From the NCBI GenBank assembly GCA_029261215.1, contig JAJDBT010000113.1, forward strand, positions 2,308 through 66,307: a DNA stretch of 64,000 bases, written 5' to 3'. The notes beneath the pieces are model-generated. The model was not told where the DNA came from. It did no database searches and saw only the letters and a list, made by a program, of their open reading frames with translations. The translations under genes and the position numbers were made by a program. This document shows, piece by piece, positions 34,991-45,214 of this stretch (its first letter is position 1; each line of letters begins with the position of its first letter). This stretch comes from Nitrospirota bacterium (GTDB taxonomy: Bacteria; Nitrospirota; Nitrospiria; SBBL01; JAADHI01).

Positions 34991-37003
34991 ATGGTACGCA
35001 TTTTTCTAATCGTCAATATTATGCTTCTTTTTGCATTTCAAGCCCGCCTCTTCGCATTTACGGAAGAGCAGCCGCCTGCGCCCTATGGAAACTTCATTCC
35101 CGACAATCCAGATTTTAAGCCGGTGAGAGAGGCCTTTAAAAGTTTCAACTTTCTAAAGGCCATACAGGAAACAGAGCAGCTGATGCGCCAACGAAACAAC
35201 CCTGAAAATGCAGAATTGGCCGCTTATCTTTTGGGAGATCTCTACTTGACCATGGCTGAACGAAACCGGCCCTTACTTTTTAAAAACGCAGTGAATGCCT
35301 ATCGAAACGCGAGAATCAGATACCCCGATTCAGAAAGCGCCCTCCCCACACTGATGAAAATGGGGATGGTGTATACAAAAAGCGCGCTCTATTACGAAGC
35401 CTTGGCCAGTTATGACCGCATCATCAAAAATCATCCCAAGAGTCCTTATGTCATACCTGCCCGTATTTTTAGGGGCGATGTCTATTTAAAATGGGGAAAG
35501 CTTGATAAAGCAATTCAGGCTTTTGATGATATCGATCCGGTCATTTTGTCCGAAGAAGATCGGGTTGGGCTTCTCTTAAAATATGCGGAAGTCTATTTTT
35601 TAATGGATCAGCTTGAGACCGCCTACGAATACTACAAACTCATTTCTCTACAAAACGTTATCATACAATCTTCCCCCAATGATCTGTATCAGTACGGGGT
35701 GACCGCCTATCGCTCACAGTCTTTCAAAATCGCCCGCGAAGCCTTGTTTATTCTGAACAATAAATACCCCAGAGGCAGTCACTCTCTCTTAGCCATGGCC
35801 AGGATTGGGGATAGCTATCGGCTTGAAGGACAACTCGAACGGGCGAAAAAAGCATATGCAGAGGTCTACGCCGCACGCAAAAACAAAGCCGGCTACAACG
35901 TTTCCAATCTGGTCGCTTCTGTCGGTATCCTGCATCTTGAGGGCTGCAATAAAACACAATGCGTTCCGATGCAGGCTCTGAAAACAGAGAACGGTCGTTC
36001 CGCGCTAAAAAAGATTAAAGAGACGAGCCTTTTTCTATTAAAAAAGCAACGCTCTGCTTTCACAGAAAGTCTGGTCATGGAAGCGGCACTGGCTTTGGAA
36101 GAACACGCCATTTATGAAGATGCACATACATTACTTTCTCTAATGAAACCCAAAAGGGTGAAAACCGATTTTCAAAAAGCAATCGCAGACGCATTACACA
36201 GAACAACGCTTTTAAGCGTCAATCGATTATTGGACAAAGAAGCATTTACCGAAGCGATCAAGCTTTATTACGGCCATCAGGACGCCTTTACAAAAGACAT
36301 TCTTGCCGGAGAAATGGGCTTAAAACTCAGCATCGGCTTTGCCAGAACCGGCCTTTATCAAGCATCAACCCACTTACTGCTCTCCATTACAAATGATGTA
36401 AAAAACGTCCATCAACAAAAAGCGCTCCTCCAGCTTGCACAAAACAGCTTTCATCAAAACGAATATGCGGAGGCTAAAAAACAGATCAAGAAATATCGCA
36501 CCCTTTATTCAAAAGGCCCTGAGTGGTCTTCGCTTGAACTTTTATTGGCCGAAATGGCCTATCAGGAAGGCAAGACAGTCCAGGCGATTAAAGCCTACAG
36601 CCGCTGGCTCATTCGATATCCAGGACATCAGAAACGCACTGAGATACTGATCCGATTGGCAGATGCTTATGTTAAAAGCAAAAATTACAGCCAAGCCGTC
36701 ATTATCTACGAAAAAGCCGTTTCTGAAGAAAAATCGCCCATTTCCGGACTCTCTATTAAAATAGCCGACGCCTATTTTCGCCTGAAAAATTATAAGAACA
36801 GCCTTCCCTATTATAAAAAAGCGATTCAGGAAGGGGGGACAGCCGAACAGATCGACTGGGCGACCTTTCAATTGGCCCAGAGTTACGAAAAGCTCGGATT
36901 AAAAGAAAAGGGAGTGCCCTTCTACGAAGGATTAGAAAAAAATGCTGCAGAAGGTTTAATTCAGGCCTTATCGAGACAAAAAACGCTGGAACCCGCATTT
37001 TAG
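34991..37003 (+). CDS. Large TPR-repeat protein with N-terminal signal peptide
   Basis: Hydrophobic leader IFLIVNIMLLFAFQARLFA followed by many 34-aa TPR-like units (for example YLLGDLYL...A..AY, AKKAYAEVY, IKIADAYFRLKNYKNSLPYYKKAI). Confidence 0.75.
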   Translation: MVRIFLIVNIMLLFAFQARLFAFTEEQPPAPYGNFIPDNPDFKPVREAFKSFNFLKAIQETEQLMRQRNNPENAELAAYLLGDLYLTMAERNRPLLFKNAVNAYRNARIRYPDSESALPTLMKMGMVYTKSALYYEALASYDRIIKNHPKSPYVIPARIFRGDVYLKWGKLDKAIQAFDDIDPVILSEEDRVGLLLKYAEVYFLMDQLETAYEYYKLISLQNVIIQSSPNDLYQYGVTAYRSQSFKIAREALFILNNKYPRGSHSLLAMARIGDSYRLEGQLERAKKAYAEVYAARKNKAGYNVSNLVASVGILHLEGCNKTQCVPMQALKTENGRSALKKIKETSLFLLKKQRSAFTESLVMEAALALEEHAIYEDAHTLLSLMKPKRVKTDFQKAIADALHRTTLLSVNRLLDKEAFTEAIKLYYGHQDAFTKDILAGEMGLKLSIGFARTGLYQASTHLLLSITNDVKNVHQQKALLQLAQNSFHQNEYAEAKKQIKKYRTLYSKGPEWSSLELLLAEMAYQEGKTVQAIKAYSRWLIRYPGHQKRTEILIRLADAYVKSKNYSQAVIIYEKAVSEEKSPISGLSIKIADAYFRLKNYKNSLPYYKKAIQEGGTAEQIDWATFQLAQSYEKLGLKEKGVPFYEGLEKNAAEGLIQALSRQKTLEPAF

Positions 37004-37044
37004 TCGGCAGGGAAAAATCCTGACCGAAGACAAAAGGAGTCAGA

Positions 37045-37914
37045 ATGGCTGTTAAAGATCAAAATCTTAAAATCCTGGAAAAAGCGTTTAGCCAGTTTAA
37101 TGCCAGTTCTTTCACGCTTGCAGAAACCTATCGGGCACTCAAAGAAGAAGTTGCCGACCTCAAAGCACAGCTTCGGGAAAGTCAGATCGAAAAAGAACAG
37201 CTTCAGGAAGAAGCGGAAAGAAACCACCGTCTGGCGCTTGTCGGAGAGATGTCTGCCAGAATGGCGCATGAACTCAGAAACCCCCTGGGCAGCATAGAGC
37301 TTTTTTCAGCCCTGCTTCAAAAAGAAATCACGCGACACACAGACGACCCGGAAAAACAGTCATGGGGGAAACACCTCTCAAGCGCCGTCAAAACGATGGA
37401 TCACACAATTACAAACCTGCTCTTCTATACCTGCAAACCCGATCCTGAATATCAGGCCGTGAATATTGATGAGATGCTTGCAGAACTTCTCGCCTTTGTG
37501 GAACACCTGCTTCAGCAACAACGGATTGAAGTGATTGTAATAACAGACCCGAATTCCGGCCCAATCTGGTGTGATGAAGATCTCTTAAGACAGGCCATAC
37601 TCAACCTCATCATCAATGCCATTGATGCCATTCCTGAAACAGGACAACTGACCCTGAAGGCCCATACGACACAGAAGGACGGAAAGACGGAATACCTGAT
37701 TCAGGTCTCGGATACAGGTCAAGGCATCGCATCGCATGATCTCAAGAAGATTTTTGATCCTTTTTTTACAACAAAAAAAACGGGCACGGGACTTGGGCTG
37801 GCCATCGCCCAAAATGCCATTACCGCACATCAAGGAACGATCCGGGTCGAGAGTAAATCCCAACAGGGCACCTGTTTTACGATCTGCATTCCTCAGACAA
37901 AGGAGCGAGACTAA
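37045..37914 (+). CDS. Soluble histidine kinase (coiled coil-HisKA-HATPase), FlrB/FleS-like by context
   Basis: AAGGAG Shine-Dalgarno. H-box AHELRNPL, N-box LIINAIDA, G1 DTGQGI, G2 GTGLGL. No TM segments. Confidence 0.82.
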   Translation: MAVKDQNLKILEKAFSQFNASSFTLAETYRALKEEVADLKAQLRESQIEKEQLQEEAERNHRLALVGEMSARMAHELRNPLGSIELFSALLQKEITRHTDDPEKQSWGKHLSSAVKTMDHTITNLLFYTCKPDPEYQAVNIDEMLAELLAFVEHLLQQQRIEVIVITDPNSGPIWCDEDLLRQAILNLIINAIDAIPETGQLTLKAHTTQKDGKTEYLIQVSDTGQGIASHDLKKIFDPFFTTKKTGTGLGLAIAQNAITAHQGTIRVESKSQQGTCFTICIPQTKERD

Positions 37915-39305
37915 TGCAAGCAGAACGGATGGAAAAGACAATGAACCCGATTCTGATTGTAGATGATGAAGCCGCAATGCGCGTTGCATTGAGTGCCACT
38001 CTGCGATCTGAAGGATATCCTGTTTTAACCGCATCAAGTGGCGAAGAGGCCCTGCAAATCTGTACAAAACGTTCTCAAACCTCCCCTTTCAGCGCGATTC
38101 TCACAGACATTAAAATGCCGGGTTTGAGCGGAATAGACCTTTTTTACCAGGTCCGTAAAAAATGGCTCAATATTCCAGTCATTTTAACCTCGGCTTTCGG
38201 AACCGTCGAAGGCGCGGTCGAAGCCATAAAGTCCGGGGTTTTTGATTACCTGGTCAAACCTTTTTCAGAGGATGCTCTGATCACCAGCATTCAAAAAGCC
38301 TTGAGCCCTGTAAAAAAAGAGTCCCGCATTAAACGTTCCAGCGAAAAACAACTTGTGACGGAAGATCCCGGCATGAAAAAAATGCTTAAAATGGCGGAAG
38401 TCGTCGCCGCAAGTCAGGCAACGGTACTGATTCAAGCCGAAAGCGGGACAGGAAAAGAACTGCTTGCGCGTTTTATTCATGATAAAAGTCCGCGTGCACA
38501 TCGTCCTTTTGTCGCCATTAACTGCGCGGCCGTGCCAGAAACGCTTTTGGAAAGTGAACTCTTTGGATATGAAAAAGGGGCCTTTACCGGAGCCTCTGCA
38601 AAAAAGGCCGGACGCTTTGAATTGGCCAACATGGGCACCCTTTTGCTCGACGAAGTCAGTGAAATGCAGTTTTCGCTTCAAGCCAAATTACTGCGCGTAC
38701 TCCAGGAACGGGAAGTCGATGTTCTGGGAAGCAAAACAACCCTGCCCATTAATATCCGGGTCATCGCGACCACCAACCGCCCCTTGCTGGATGAAGTCAA
38801 GGCCGGCCGCTTCCGGGAAGATTTATATTACCGCCTCAACGTCTTTCCACTTAAAATCCCCCCGCTTCGGGATCGGCCCGGAGATATCGTTATACTCGCC
38901 GAACACTTTATCAAACTGGGTTCAATTAAAAATGGCATCAACAGACCTTCCATCAGCGCACAAGCCCTTACGGACTTAAAATCCATGCCCTGGCCCGGGA
39001 ATGTGCGGGAGTTTGAAAATATCATTGAACGGGCCCTGCTTTTATCTGCAGGAGATCTCATCACCCAGGATCATCTGCTCTTTCCGGAAACTGACTCTGA
39101 ACACACCGAAACAACACAATCCCCCATCACCACAGTTTGGGAAGCCGAACGCAGTCTCATTCTCGATACGCTCTCGAAGGTTTCGGGCAATCGCACCCAT
39201 GCAGCCCGCATATTAGGGATCAGCATCCGAACACTTAGAAATAAACTGAAAGAGTATCAGCGGCTCGATCCGGATTGTGAAACAAGTGCTGCGAATCGAC
39301 TATAG
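37914..39305 (+). CDS. Sigma-54-dependent response regulator, FlrC/FleR-like by context (alternative start ATG 37941)
   Basis: Receiver ILIVDDEAAMR...TDIKMPGLSG, Walker [33 protein letters not shown] and a C-terminal HTH (HAARILGISIRTLRNKLKE). Its ATG overlaps the kinase TAA (TAATG). Confidence 0.88.
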   Translation: MQAERMEKTMNPILIVDDEAAMRVALSATLRSEGYPVLTASSGEEALQICTKRSQTSPFSAILTDIKMPGLSGIDLFYQVRKKWLNIPVILTSAFGTVEGAVEAIKSGVFDYLVKPFSEDALITSIQKALSPVKKESRIKRSSEKQLVTEDPGMKKMLKMAEVVAASQATVLIQAESGTGKELLARFIHDKSPRAHRPFVAINCAAVPETLLESELFGYEKGAFTGASAKKAGRFELANMGTLLLDEVSEMQFSLQAKLLRVLQEREVDVLGSKTTLPINIRVIATTNRPLLDEVKAGRFREDLYYRLNVFPLKIPPLRDRPGDIVILAEHFIKLGSIKNGINRPSISAQALTDLKSMPWPGNVREFENIIERALLLSAGDLITQDHLLFPETDSEHTETTQSPITTVWEAERSLILDTLSKVSGNRTHAARILGISIRTLRNKLKEYQRLDPDCETSAANRL

Positions 39306-39325
39306 CGCATAAAGAAGGAGGAGTA

Positions 39326-39736
39326 ATGATCAAATTAGTGGATCAATCTGTGGCGGCATTGGAAAAAGCACTGGATGTCCGAAGCGCCAAACATGCCGTT
39401 ATTACCAGCAACATTTCTAACCAGGATACGCCCGGCTATAAATCTAAAAACATTGATTTCAAAAATGCAATGGCCGATGCCGCAGGGACAGGCCCAGGTT
39501 TGAAAATGGAAAAAACAAAAACAAATCACCTGACTTCCGGGCAATCAGGATTAGACAACGCGACCCAGGTCACCCTCTCTTCAACAAACGGGACGAAACG
39601 ACTGGACGGGAATACCGTCAATGCAGAAAAAGAGATGACGCATCTGGCCGAAAACACCTTTATGTACCAGGCTACGGCCCAATTTATCGCTAAAAAATTC
39701 AGGGGGATAAAAAATGCCATCAACGAGGGCCGATAA
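39326..39736 (+). CDS. flgB: Flagellar basal-body rod protein FlgB
   Basis: GGAGGAG Shine-Dalgarno. ITSNISNQDTPGYK rod N-terminal motif. 136 aa. Confidence 0.9.
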   Translation: MIKLVDQSVAALEKALDVRSAKHAVITSNISNQDTPGYKSKNIDFKNAMADAAGTGPGLKMEKTKTNHLTSGQSGLDNATQVTLSSTNGTKRLDGNTVNAEKEMTHLAENTFMYQATAQFIAKKFRGIKNAINEGR

Positions 39737-39785
39737 AGCCTTGCCTCAGCATTATTCCGGTCTATCAAGAATAGGAGATTAAAAC

Positions 39786-40220
39786 ATGAATATTTCACAG
39801 GCTTTTTCCATTCCGGCGGCGGCGCTGGATGCACAACGAGAGCGGCTTAATATCATCTCCAGTAATCTCGCCAACGTGGATTCAACCGAAACCGCTGAAG
39901 GCGGACCTTATCGTCGTCGTGATGTCGTTTTTTCCGCGGTGCCTCTGGATGGCAGCTTTGAAACGACACTCAATCAGGAAATGGGAGCGGTCAAACAAGT
40001 CAAGGTTTCCAATATCGTCTTTGACCCGCGCCCCTTCAAAAAAGTCTTCGAGCCCAGTCATCCCAGCGCCGATGCCGAAGGATATGTCGAATATCCCAAT
40101 GTCAATGCAATGGAAGAAATGGTGAACATGATTTCCGCGTTACGCTCTTACGAAGCCAATGTCACCGTTTTAAATTCGATCAAAAGCATGGCGCTCAAGG
40201 CACTCGAAATCGGAAGATAA
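39786..40220 (+). CDS. flgC: Flagellar basal-body rod protein FlgC
   Basis: LNIISSNLANVDST...GPYRRR... and C-terminal NAMEEMVNMISALRSYEANV. Confidence 0.92.
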   Translation: MNISQAFSIPAAALDAQRERLNIISSNLANVDSTETAEGGPYRRRDVVFSAVPLDGSFETTLNQEMGAVKQVKVSNIVFDPRPFKKVFEPSHPSADAEGYVEYPNVNAMEEMVNMISALRSYEANVTVLNSIKSMALKALEIGR

Positions 40221-40249
40221 GTTTCATCGTTTCTAGGGAGGTTTAATTA

Positions 40250-40546
40250 ATGGACATTAAAGCAACAGGACAATCCTCGATTCCTGAGTTGATATCAAAG
40301 GGCATTGAAAGCACAAACAAGTCTGAAAAACCCTTTATTGAGTCACTGAAGGAATCCCTTTCAACAGTGAATGAACTCCAGCAAACAGCAAGTAATGCGG
40401 TCACTGACCTGGCCGTTGGGAAAGATCAAAGCCTTCACCAAACGATGATCGCAGTCGAAAAAGCGGACGTTTCATTTCAGTTGATGATGCAGGTGAGAAA
40501 CAAGATTCTTTCCGCCTATGAAGAGATTAACCGGATGCAGATATAA
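40250..40546 (+). CDS. fliE: Flagellar hook-basal body complex protein FliE
   Basis: 98 aa with C-terminal LHQTMIAVEKADVSFQLMMQVRNKILSAYEEINRMQI. Confidence 0.88.
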   Translation: MDIKATGQSSIPELISKGIESTNKSEKPFIESLKESLSTVNELQQTASNAVTDLAVGKDQSLHQTMIAVEKADVSFQLMMQVRNKILSAYEEINRMQI

Positions 40547-40566
40547 ATCGATTAAGGATCTAGGGA

Positions 40567-42159
40567 ATGAGTGAACTTTTTGAACGACTCAGCAAAAATC
40601 TTTCTAATCTCAGCATGGGCAAAAAAATCGTCATGGCCACGATATTTGCCGGAGGGCTTGCCACCCTTGCCGTCATTTGGCTTTGGGTGCAGAAACCCGA
40701 CTTTCGTATTTTGTTTACCAACCTCAGTTCGGAGGATGCGGGCGGCGTCGTTGAAAAACTCAAAGAAATGAGCGTGCCTTATCAGTTTTCTGAAAACGGC
40801 AAGTCACTGCTTGTTCCCTCGGAACGGGTCCATGAGTTGCGGCTTCTCCTTGCAAGCGAAGGTCTGCCGCAAGGAGGCGGTGTGGGTTTTGAGATTTTTG
40901 ATCAAAATTCATTTGGTACGACTGAATTTGCACAAAAGCTGAATTACAAACGGGCGCTTCAGGGAGAACTGGCCAGAACAATTAGTCAGCTTGAAGAAAT
41001 CAGCAATGCACGGGTGCATCTCGTCATCCCCGAACCCAGTCTCTTTTCAGAGCAGGAAGAACTGACACGGGCTGCGGTCGTCATCAACCTTAAACCGGGA
41101 AAAGTGCTCAGTGAATCCCAGATACAAGGCATTACCCACCTCGTATCGGGCAGCGTCGAAGGATTAAAACCTGAAGCCGTGACCATTGTGGACAGCCGGG
41201 GAAAAATCAGATCCACAGGCTCGGAAGGCTCCAGCGTCATGCAAATGAGCGGATCTCAACAGGATTACCAAAAAGATCTGGAACAAAAAATCCAACAAAA
41301 AATTCAATCTATGTTGGGAAAAGTGGTCGGCCCGGATAAAGCCCTGGTTCGCGTGACGGCGATGCTGGATCTCCGGCAAGTCGAGTTAACCGAAGAAAAG
41401 TTTGATCCGGACACACAAGTGGTGCGAAGCCAGCAACGCTCGCAGGGCAATTCGAATGGCAGCTCCAACACAAGCGGCCCCAACGGCGTTCCGGGCGTCA
41501 GCTCCAATGTCCCGCCAGGCGGACAACAATCCGGTGTCGGCGCGGCCAATCAAAATACAACAAACAATTCAAACGAAGTCATTAATTACGAAATCAGCAA
41601 AACAGTTAGTCGTGTCGTCGAACCCTTTGGCACCATCAAACGGCTCTCGGTCGCCGCCCTCATCGACGGAACATACAAAGAAGTCACAAATGAGGAGGGT
41701 TTGAGTACCCAGGAATACGTTCCACGAGGCGAAGAGGAAATGGCAACCCTGCACGCCATTGTCAAAAAAGCGATGGGTTTTTCAGCGGAGCGACTGGATG
41801 AAGTAGAAGTCGTGAATATTCCTTTTAAAGGAGGGAAATCCTTAATCCCGGACGAAATCATCGAAGATACGATGATTGAAAAAATCATGCGATGGCTGCC
41901 TGTCATCCGGCAAATTCTAGGACCCCTGCTCATTTTACTGGTACTCGCTGCGATTGTTCGCCCAATTCTAAAGGTGGTCACAGCACCGCCTCCCCGTCCG
42001 GCGACCTTGCCCGATCCGCTTCTGGTGGATGGCGGCGGACGTACCCAAATCGCGGGCAATGAAAGACCTAAAACCACGCAGGATCAAATTATACAACTGG
42101 CAGACAAGCACCCGGAGACCGCTTCACTACTGGTTAAAAAATGGGTTAAAGAAGGATAG
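40567..42159 (+). CDS. fliF: Flagellar MS-ring protein FliF
   Basis: 530 aa with N-terminal TM, LPQGGGVGFEIFD, FAQKLNYKRALQGELARTI, and a C-terminal TM plus FliG-binding tail. Confidence 0.92.
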   Translation: MSELFERLSKNLSNLSMGKKIVMATIFAGGLATLAVIWLWVQKPDFRILFTNLSSEDAGGVVEKLKEMSVPYQFSENGKSLLVPSERVHELRLLLASEGLPQGGGVGFEIFDQNSFGTTEFAQKLNYKRALQGELARTISQLEEISNARVHLVIPEPSLFSEQEELTRAAVVINLKPGKVLSESQIQGITHLVSGSVEGLKPEAVTIVDSRGKIRSTGSEGSSVMQMSGSQQDYQKDLEQKIQQKIQSMLGKVVGPDKALVRVTAMLDLRQVELTEEKFDPDTQVVRSQQRSQGNSNGSSNTSGPNGVPGVSSNVPPGGQQSGVGAANQNTTNNSNEVINYEISKTVSRVVEPFGTIKRLSVAALIDGTYKEVTNEEGLSTQEYVPRGEEEMATLHAIVKKAMGFSAERLDEVEVVNIPFKGGKSLIPDEIIEDTMIEKIMRWLPVIRQILGPLLILLVLAAIVRPILKVVTAPPPRPATLPDPLLVDGGGRTQIAGNERPKTTQDQIIQLADKHPETASLLVKKWVKEG

Positions 42160-42161
42160 AT

Positions 42162-43175
42162 TTGATGGAGAACGGCTACTACAAAGCGGCGATTTTATTG
42201 GCGACACTCGGCGAAGACCATGCCGCCGAAATCATGAAAACCCTGGACCCGAAAACGCTGAAAAAAGTAGGGACTAAAATTACGGAGCTTTCCGACATTC
42301 CAGAGGCCGATTTAAAGGAAATCTACGAAGAATTCATGAAAACCACAACCAAAACCGGGGGCTTAAACATTGAGGGACGGCAATACATCCAAAAAGTACT
42401 CTCGAAAACAATGGGAGAGGAAAAAGCCGGACAATTTATCGAAAACATGACGGATGAGACCGACGAAGACGGAATGGGTGCACTTCAATGGATGGATCCG
42501 AAATCCCTTGCAGCCCTGATAAAAGGAGAACATCCGCAAACCATCACCCTGATTCTCAGCAGCCTCGACGCCGAACAAGCGAGTAAAATCTTACCCAACT
42601 TGCCTGACACGCTCCGCAGTGATGTCATGATTCGCATGGCGACCCTGGAAGACATTCCGCCCGGCGTCATGAAAGAAATCAGTGACGCACTTAAAAATGA
42701 ATCCACTCAAGAAGGAGGAGAAGAAAGCCCGCTCACCCCCAAAAAAGTAAAAGGGGTCAAGCTTGTCGCCAATATATTGAATCAGATCGCCCAGGATTCA
42801 GAAAAGACCATTATGGACGCGATTACTGAAAACAATGCTGAACTGGCCGAACATATTCGATCCCTCATGTTTGTCTTCGATGACTTAAATGAATTGGATA
42901 GCCGAAGCGTGCAGGAGCTTCTTAAAGAAATCAACAAAGAAGAACTGGCCATTGCACTCAGGGCTGCTAAAGACAGTGTTAAAGAAAAATTCTTCTCAAA
43001 TATGTCGGACCGGGCGTCACAACTCTTTAAAGAAGACATGGCCGCAAAAGGTCCGGTCAAAATTTCTGCGGTCGAGGAAGCACAACAAAACATTATCAAA
43101 ATAGCAAAACGTCTTGCAGAGGCCGGAACCATTTCGCTTGGCGGGAAGGGCGGTGGTGGCGAAGCACTTATCTAA
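42162..43175 (+). CDS. fliG: Flagellar motor switch protein FliG
   Basis: YKAAILLATLGEDHAAEIMK, the MFVFDDL motif, and C-terminal QQNIIKIAKRLAEAGTI. Confidence 0.92.
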   Translation: MMENGYYKAAILLATLGEDHAAEIMKTLDPKTLKKVGTKITELSDIPEADLKEIYEEFMKTTTKTGGLNIEGRQYIQKVLSKTMGEEKAGQFIENMTDETDEDGMGALQWMDPKSLAALIKGEHPQTITLILSSLDAEQASKILPNLPDTLRSDVMIRMATLEDIPPGVMKEISDALKNESTQEGGEESPLTPKKVKGVKLVANILNQIAQDSEKTIMDAITENNAELAEHIRSLMFVFDDLNELDSRSVQELLKEINKEELAIALRAAKDSVKEKFFSNMSDRASQLFKEDMAAKGPVKISAVEEAQQNIIKIAKRLAEAGTISLGGKGGGGEALI

Positions 43176-43866
43176 AATTATTAAATCGGATCTCTATAAG
43201 GCATCTGAAGCCTTCGACTTTACGTTTCAGGAGATGTCTTGGGTTCACCCTTTAATAAAAAATGAGGAGATGGGAAACAAGAATCAGGCCTCGGGTGACA
43301 AAAATGACCCCTCTCGTGAGGACAACGACTCAATAGAAGAAGAAAAAATTGGAGGCAAACTCTCTGAAATCGAACAGGAAGCCTATGAAAAAGGATTTGC
43401 GGCGGGTGAAGACGCTGGTCGGATACTGGGATTTAAAAAACTCGATCCTCTCGAAAAGACCTTGCTGAGCCTGATTGATGAGGTGAGACACTTTAAAGAG
43501 ACGCTTTTAAAAGAATCTGAAGAAGATATTCTCACCATCGCCCTCGCCATTTCCCGACAAATCATACGGCAGGAGGTCAGAGAAAATCCGGAAGTCATCG
43601 TGAAAAACATTCAAACAGCGATCAACAAAATTGGGCAGACTGGAAAAATTTTGATTCGACTGCATCCAGACGATCTCGAGGTCATTACACAAGAAGCAGA
43701 AAGCATGATCGGATCGACAAAACAGGAAATAAACCTGAGATTTGAAAGCGATTTGGGACTCAACCCGGGGGATTGCATTATCGAAGGGGAAGAAAGAATG
43801 GTGGATGGACGTCTTAAAAGCCAACTGGATATCTTTGAAGAAGTCTTAAAAAAAGGCAATGAATGA
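43153..43866 (+). CDS. fliH: Flagellar export protein FliH (start uncertain: GTG 43153/43156 preferred; the ORF track uses 43114)
   Basis: FliH/NtpE-like C-terminal domain (LTIALAISRQIIRQEVRENPEVIVKNIQTAINKI...IRLHPDDLEVI) between fliG and fliI. GGGAAGGG Shine-Dalgarno-like sequence before the GTG codons. Confidence 0.7.
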   Translation: MVAKHLSKIIKSDLYKASEAFDFTFQEMSWVHPLIKNEEMGNKNQASGDKNDPSREDNDSIEEEKIGGKLSEIEQEAYEKGFAAGEDAGRILGFKKLDPLEKTLLSLIDEVRHFKETLLKESEEDILTIALAISRQIIRQEVRENPEVIVKNIQTAINKIGQTGKILIRLHPDDLEVITQEAESMIGSTKQEINLRFESDLGLNPGDCIIEGEERMVDGRLKSQLDIFEEVLKKGNE

Positions 43867-45212
43867 ATGACTTTTTAACAAACACAATCGCGACTATTGA
43901 ACACATAGATCCCCTGCCCGCCCTTGGGAAAATATCAGAAGCCATCGGCCTCGTTTTGGAAGGGTTTGCGCCCCATTCGACCATTGGCGAAGTCTGCAAA
44001 ATCGCCTTGACCAAAACAGATCAACACCTGCTCGCAGAAGTGGTCGGTTTTCGCGGAGAAAAGGTACTGATGATGCCTTTGGGCGATATCAGGGGTATCG
44101 GACCAGGGGCTCCCGTGATCATTCGCGGACATCAGGCCGAAGCAACGATAGGAGACCAACTGCTCGGCCGGGTTATTGATGGCCTTGGAAACCCGATCGA
44201 TGATAAAGGCGATCTTAAAACCACACAAAAACAGCCCCTCTATCGTCCTCCCGTCAACCCGCTCTCTCGAAGCCGCATTCAAAAACCGCTTGATCTCGGC
44301 ATTCGCTCTATCAATGGTTTACTGACTTGCGGCAGTGGACAGCGCGTAGGCATATTTGCGGGAAGCGGCGTTGGCAAAAGTGTATTGCTGGGCATGATCG
44401 CCCGTTACACGAGCGCAGATGTCAATGTGATCGCACTCATTGGAGAGCGCGGCCGGGAAGCCAAAGAGTTTATCGAAAAAGAGCTCAAGGAAGAGGGACT
44501 CAAGCGCTCCGTCGTCATTGTTGTGACCTCTGACCAGCCCCCTCTCATTCGTCGCCGGGGGGCTTTTTTAGCCATTACCATTGCCGAATATTTTAGGGAA
44601 CGCGGCAAACAGGTCCTCTTCATGATGGATTCTCTCACCCGTCTGGCGCATGCACAACGGGAAATTGGCCTTGCCATCGGTGAGCCCCCCACAACAAAAG
44701 GGTACACGCCTTCTGTATTCACCCTGCTGCCCAGCTTTCTGGAACGTGCGGGAACCTCATCGGGGGAAGGAAGCATTACGGGGCTCTATACCGTACTGGT
44801 TGAGGGAGATGATTTGAATGATCCGATTTCGGATGCCGCACGATCTATTCTGGACGGCCATATCGTGCTTTCACGGGCCCTTGCTGCAAACAACCATTAT
44901 CCAGCAATAGACGTCCTCAACAGTAAAAGCCGTGTCATGATTGACATAAGCGATCAGAAACATCAGGAACATGCCAACAAGCTCGTGGACATGATCGCAA
45001 CCTATAAAAATGCAGAAGATTTGATTAATATTGGGGCCTACAAAAAAGGAAGCAACCCAAAAATAGACCGCAGCATCGCGCTTTGGGATTCGATTGAATC
45101 GTATCTGAAACAAGAGACTCAGACAAAAACAAGCATACAAGAAAGTGTCGATTCGCTTTACAGACTCTTCGAATCCACAAAAAATGAACCGCATCAACTC
45201 ATGGAACAATAA
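43863..45212 (+). CDS. fliI: Flagellum-specific ATPase FliI
   Basis: Walker A GSGVGKSVLLGM, Walker B VLFMMDSLTRLA, F1-ATPase beta-like fold. ATG overlaps the fliH stop. Confidence 0.95.
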   Translation: MNDFLTNTIATIEHIDPLPALGKISEAIGLVLEGFAPHSTIGEVCKIALTKTDQHLLAEVVGFRGEKVLMMPLGDIRGIGPGAPVIIRGHQAEATIGDQLLGRVIDGLGNPIDDKGDLKTTQKQPLYRPPVNPLSRSRIQKPLDLGIRSINGLLTCGSGQRVGIFAGSGVGKSVLLGMIARYTSADVNVIALIGERGREAKEFIEKELKEEGLKRSVVIVVTSDQPPLIRRRGAFLAITIAEYFRERGKQVLFMMDSLTRLAHAQREIGLAIGEPPTTKGYTPSVFTLLPSFLERAGTSSGEGSITGLYTVLVEGDDLNDPISDAARSILDGHIVLSRALAANNHYPAIDVLNSKSRVMIDISDQKHQEHANKLVDMIATYKNAEDLINIGAYKKGSNPKIDRSIALWDSIESYLKQETQTKTSIQESVDSLYRLFESTKNEPHQLMEQ

Positions 45213-45214
45213 AA

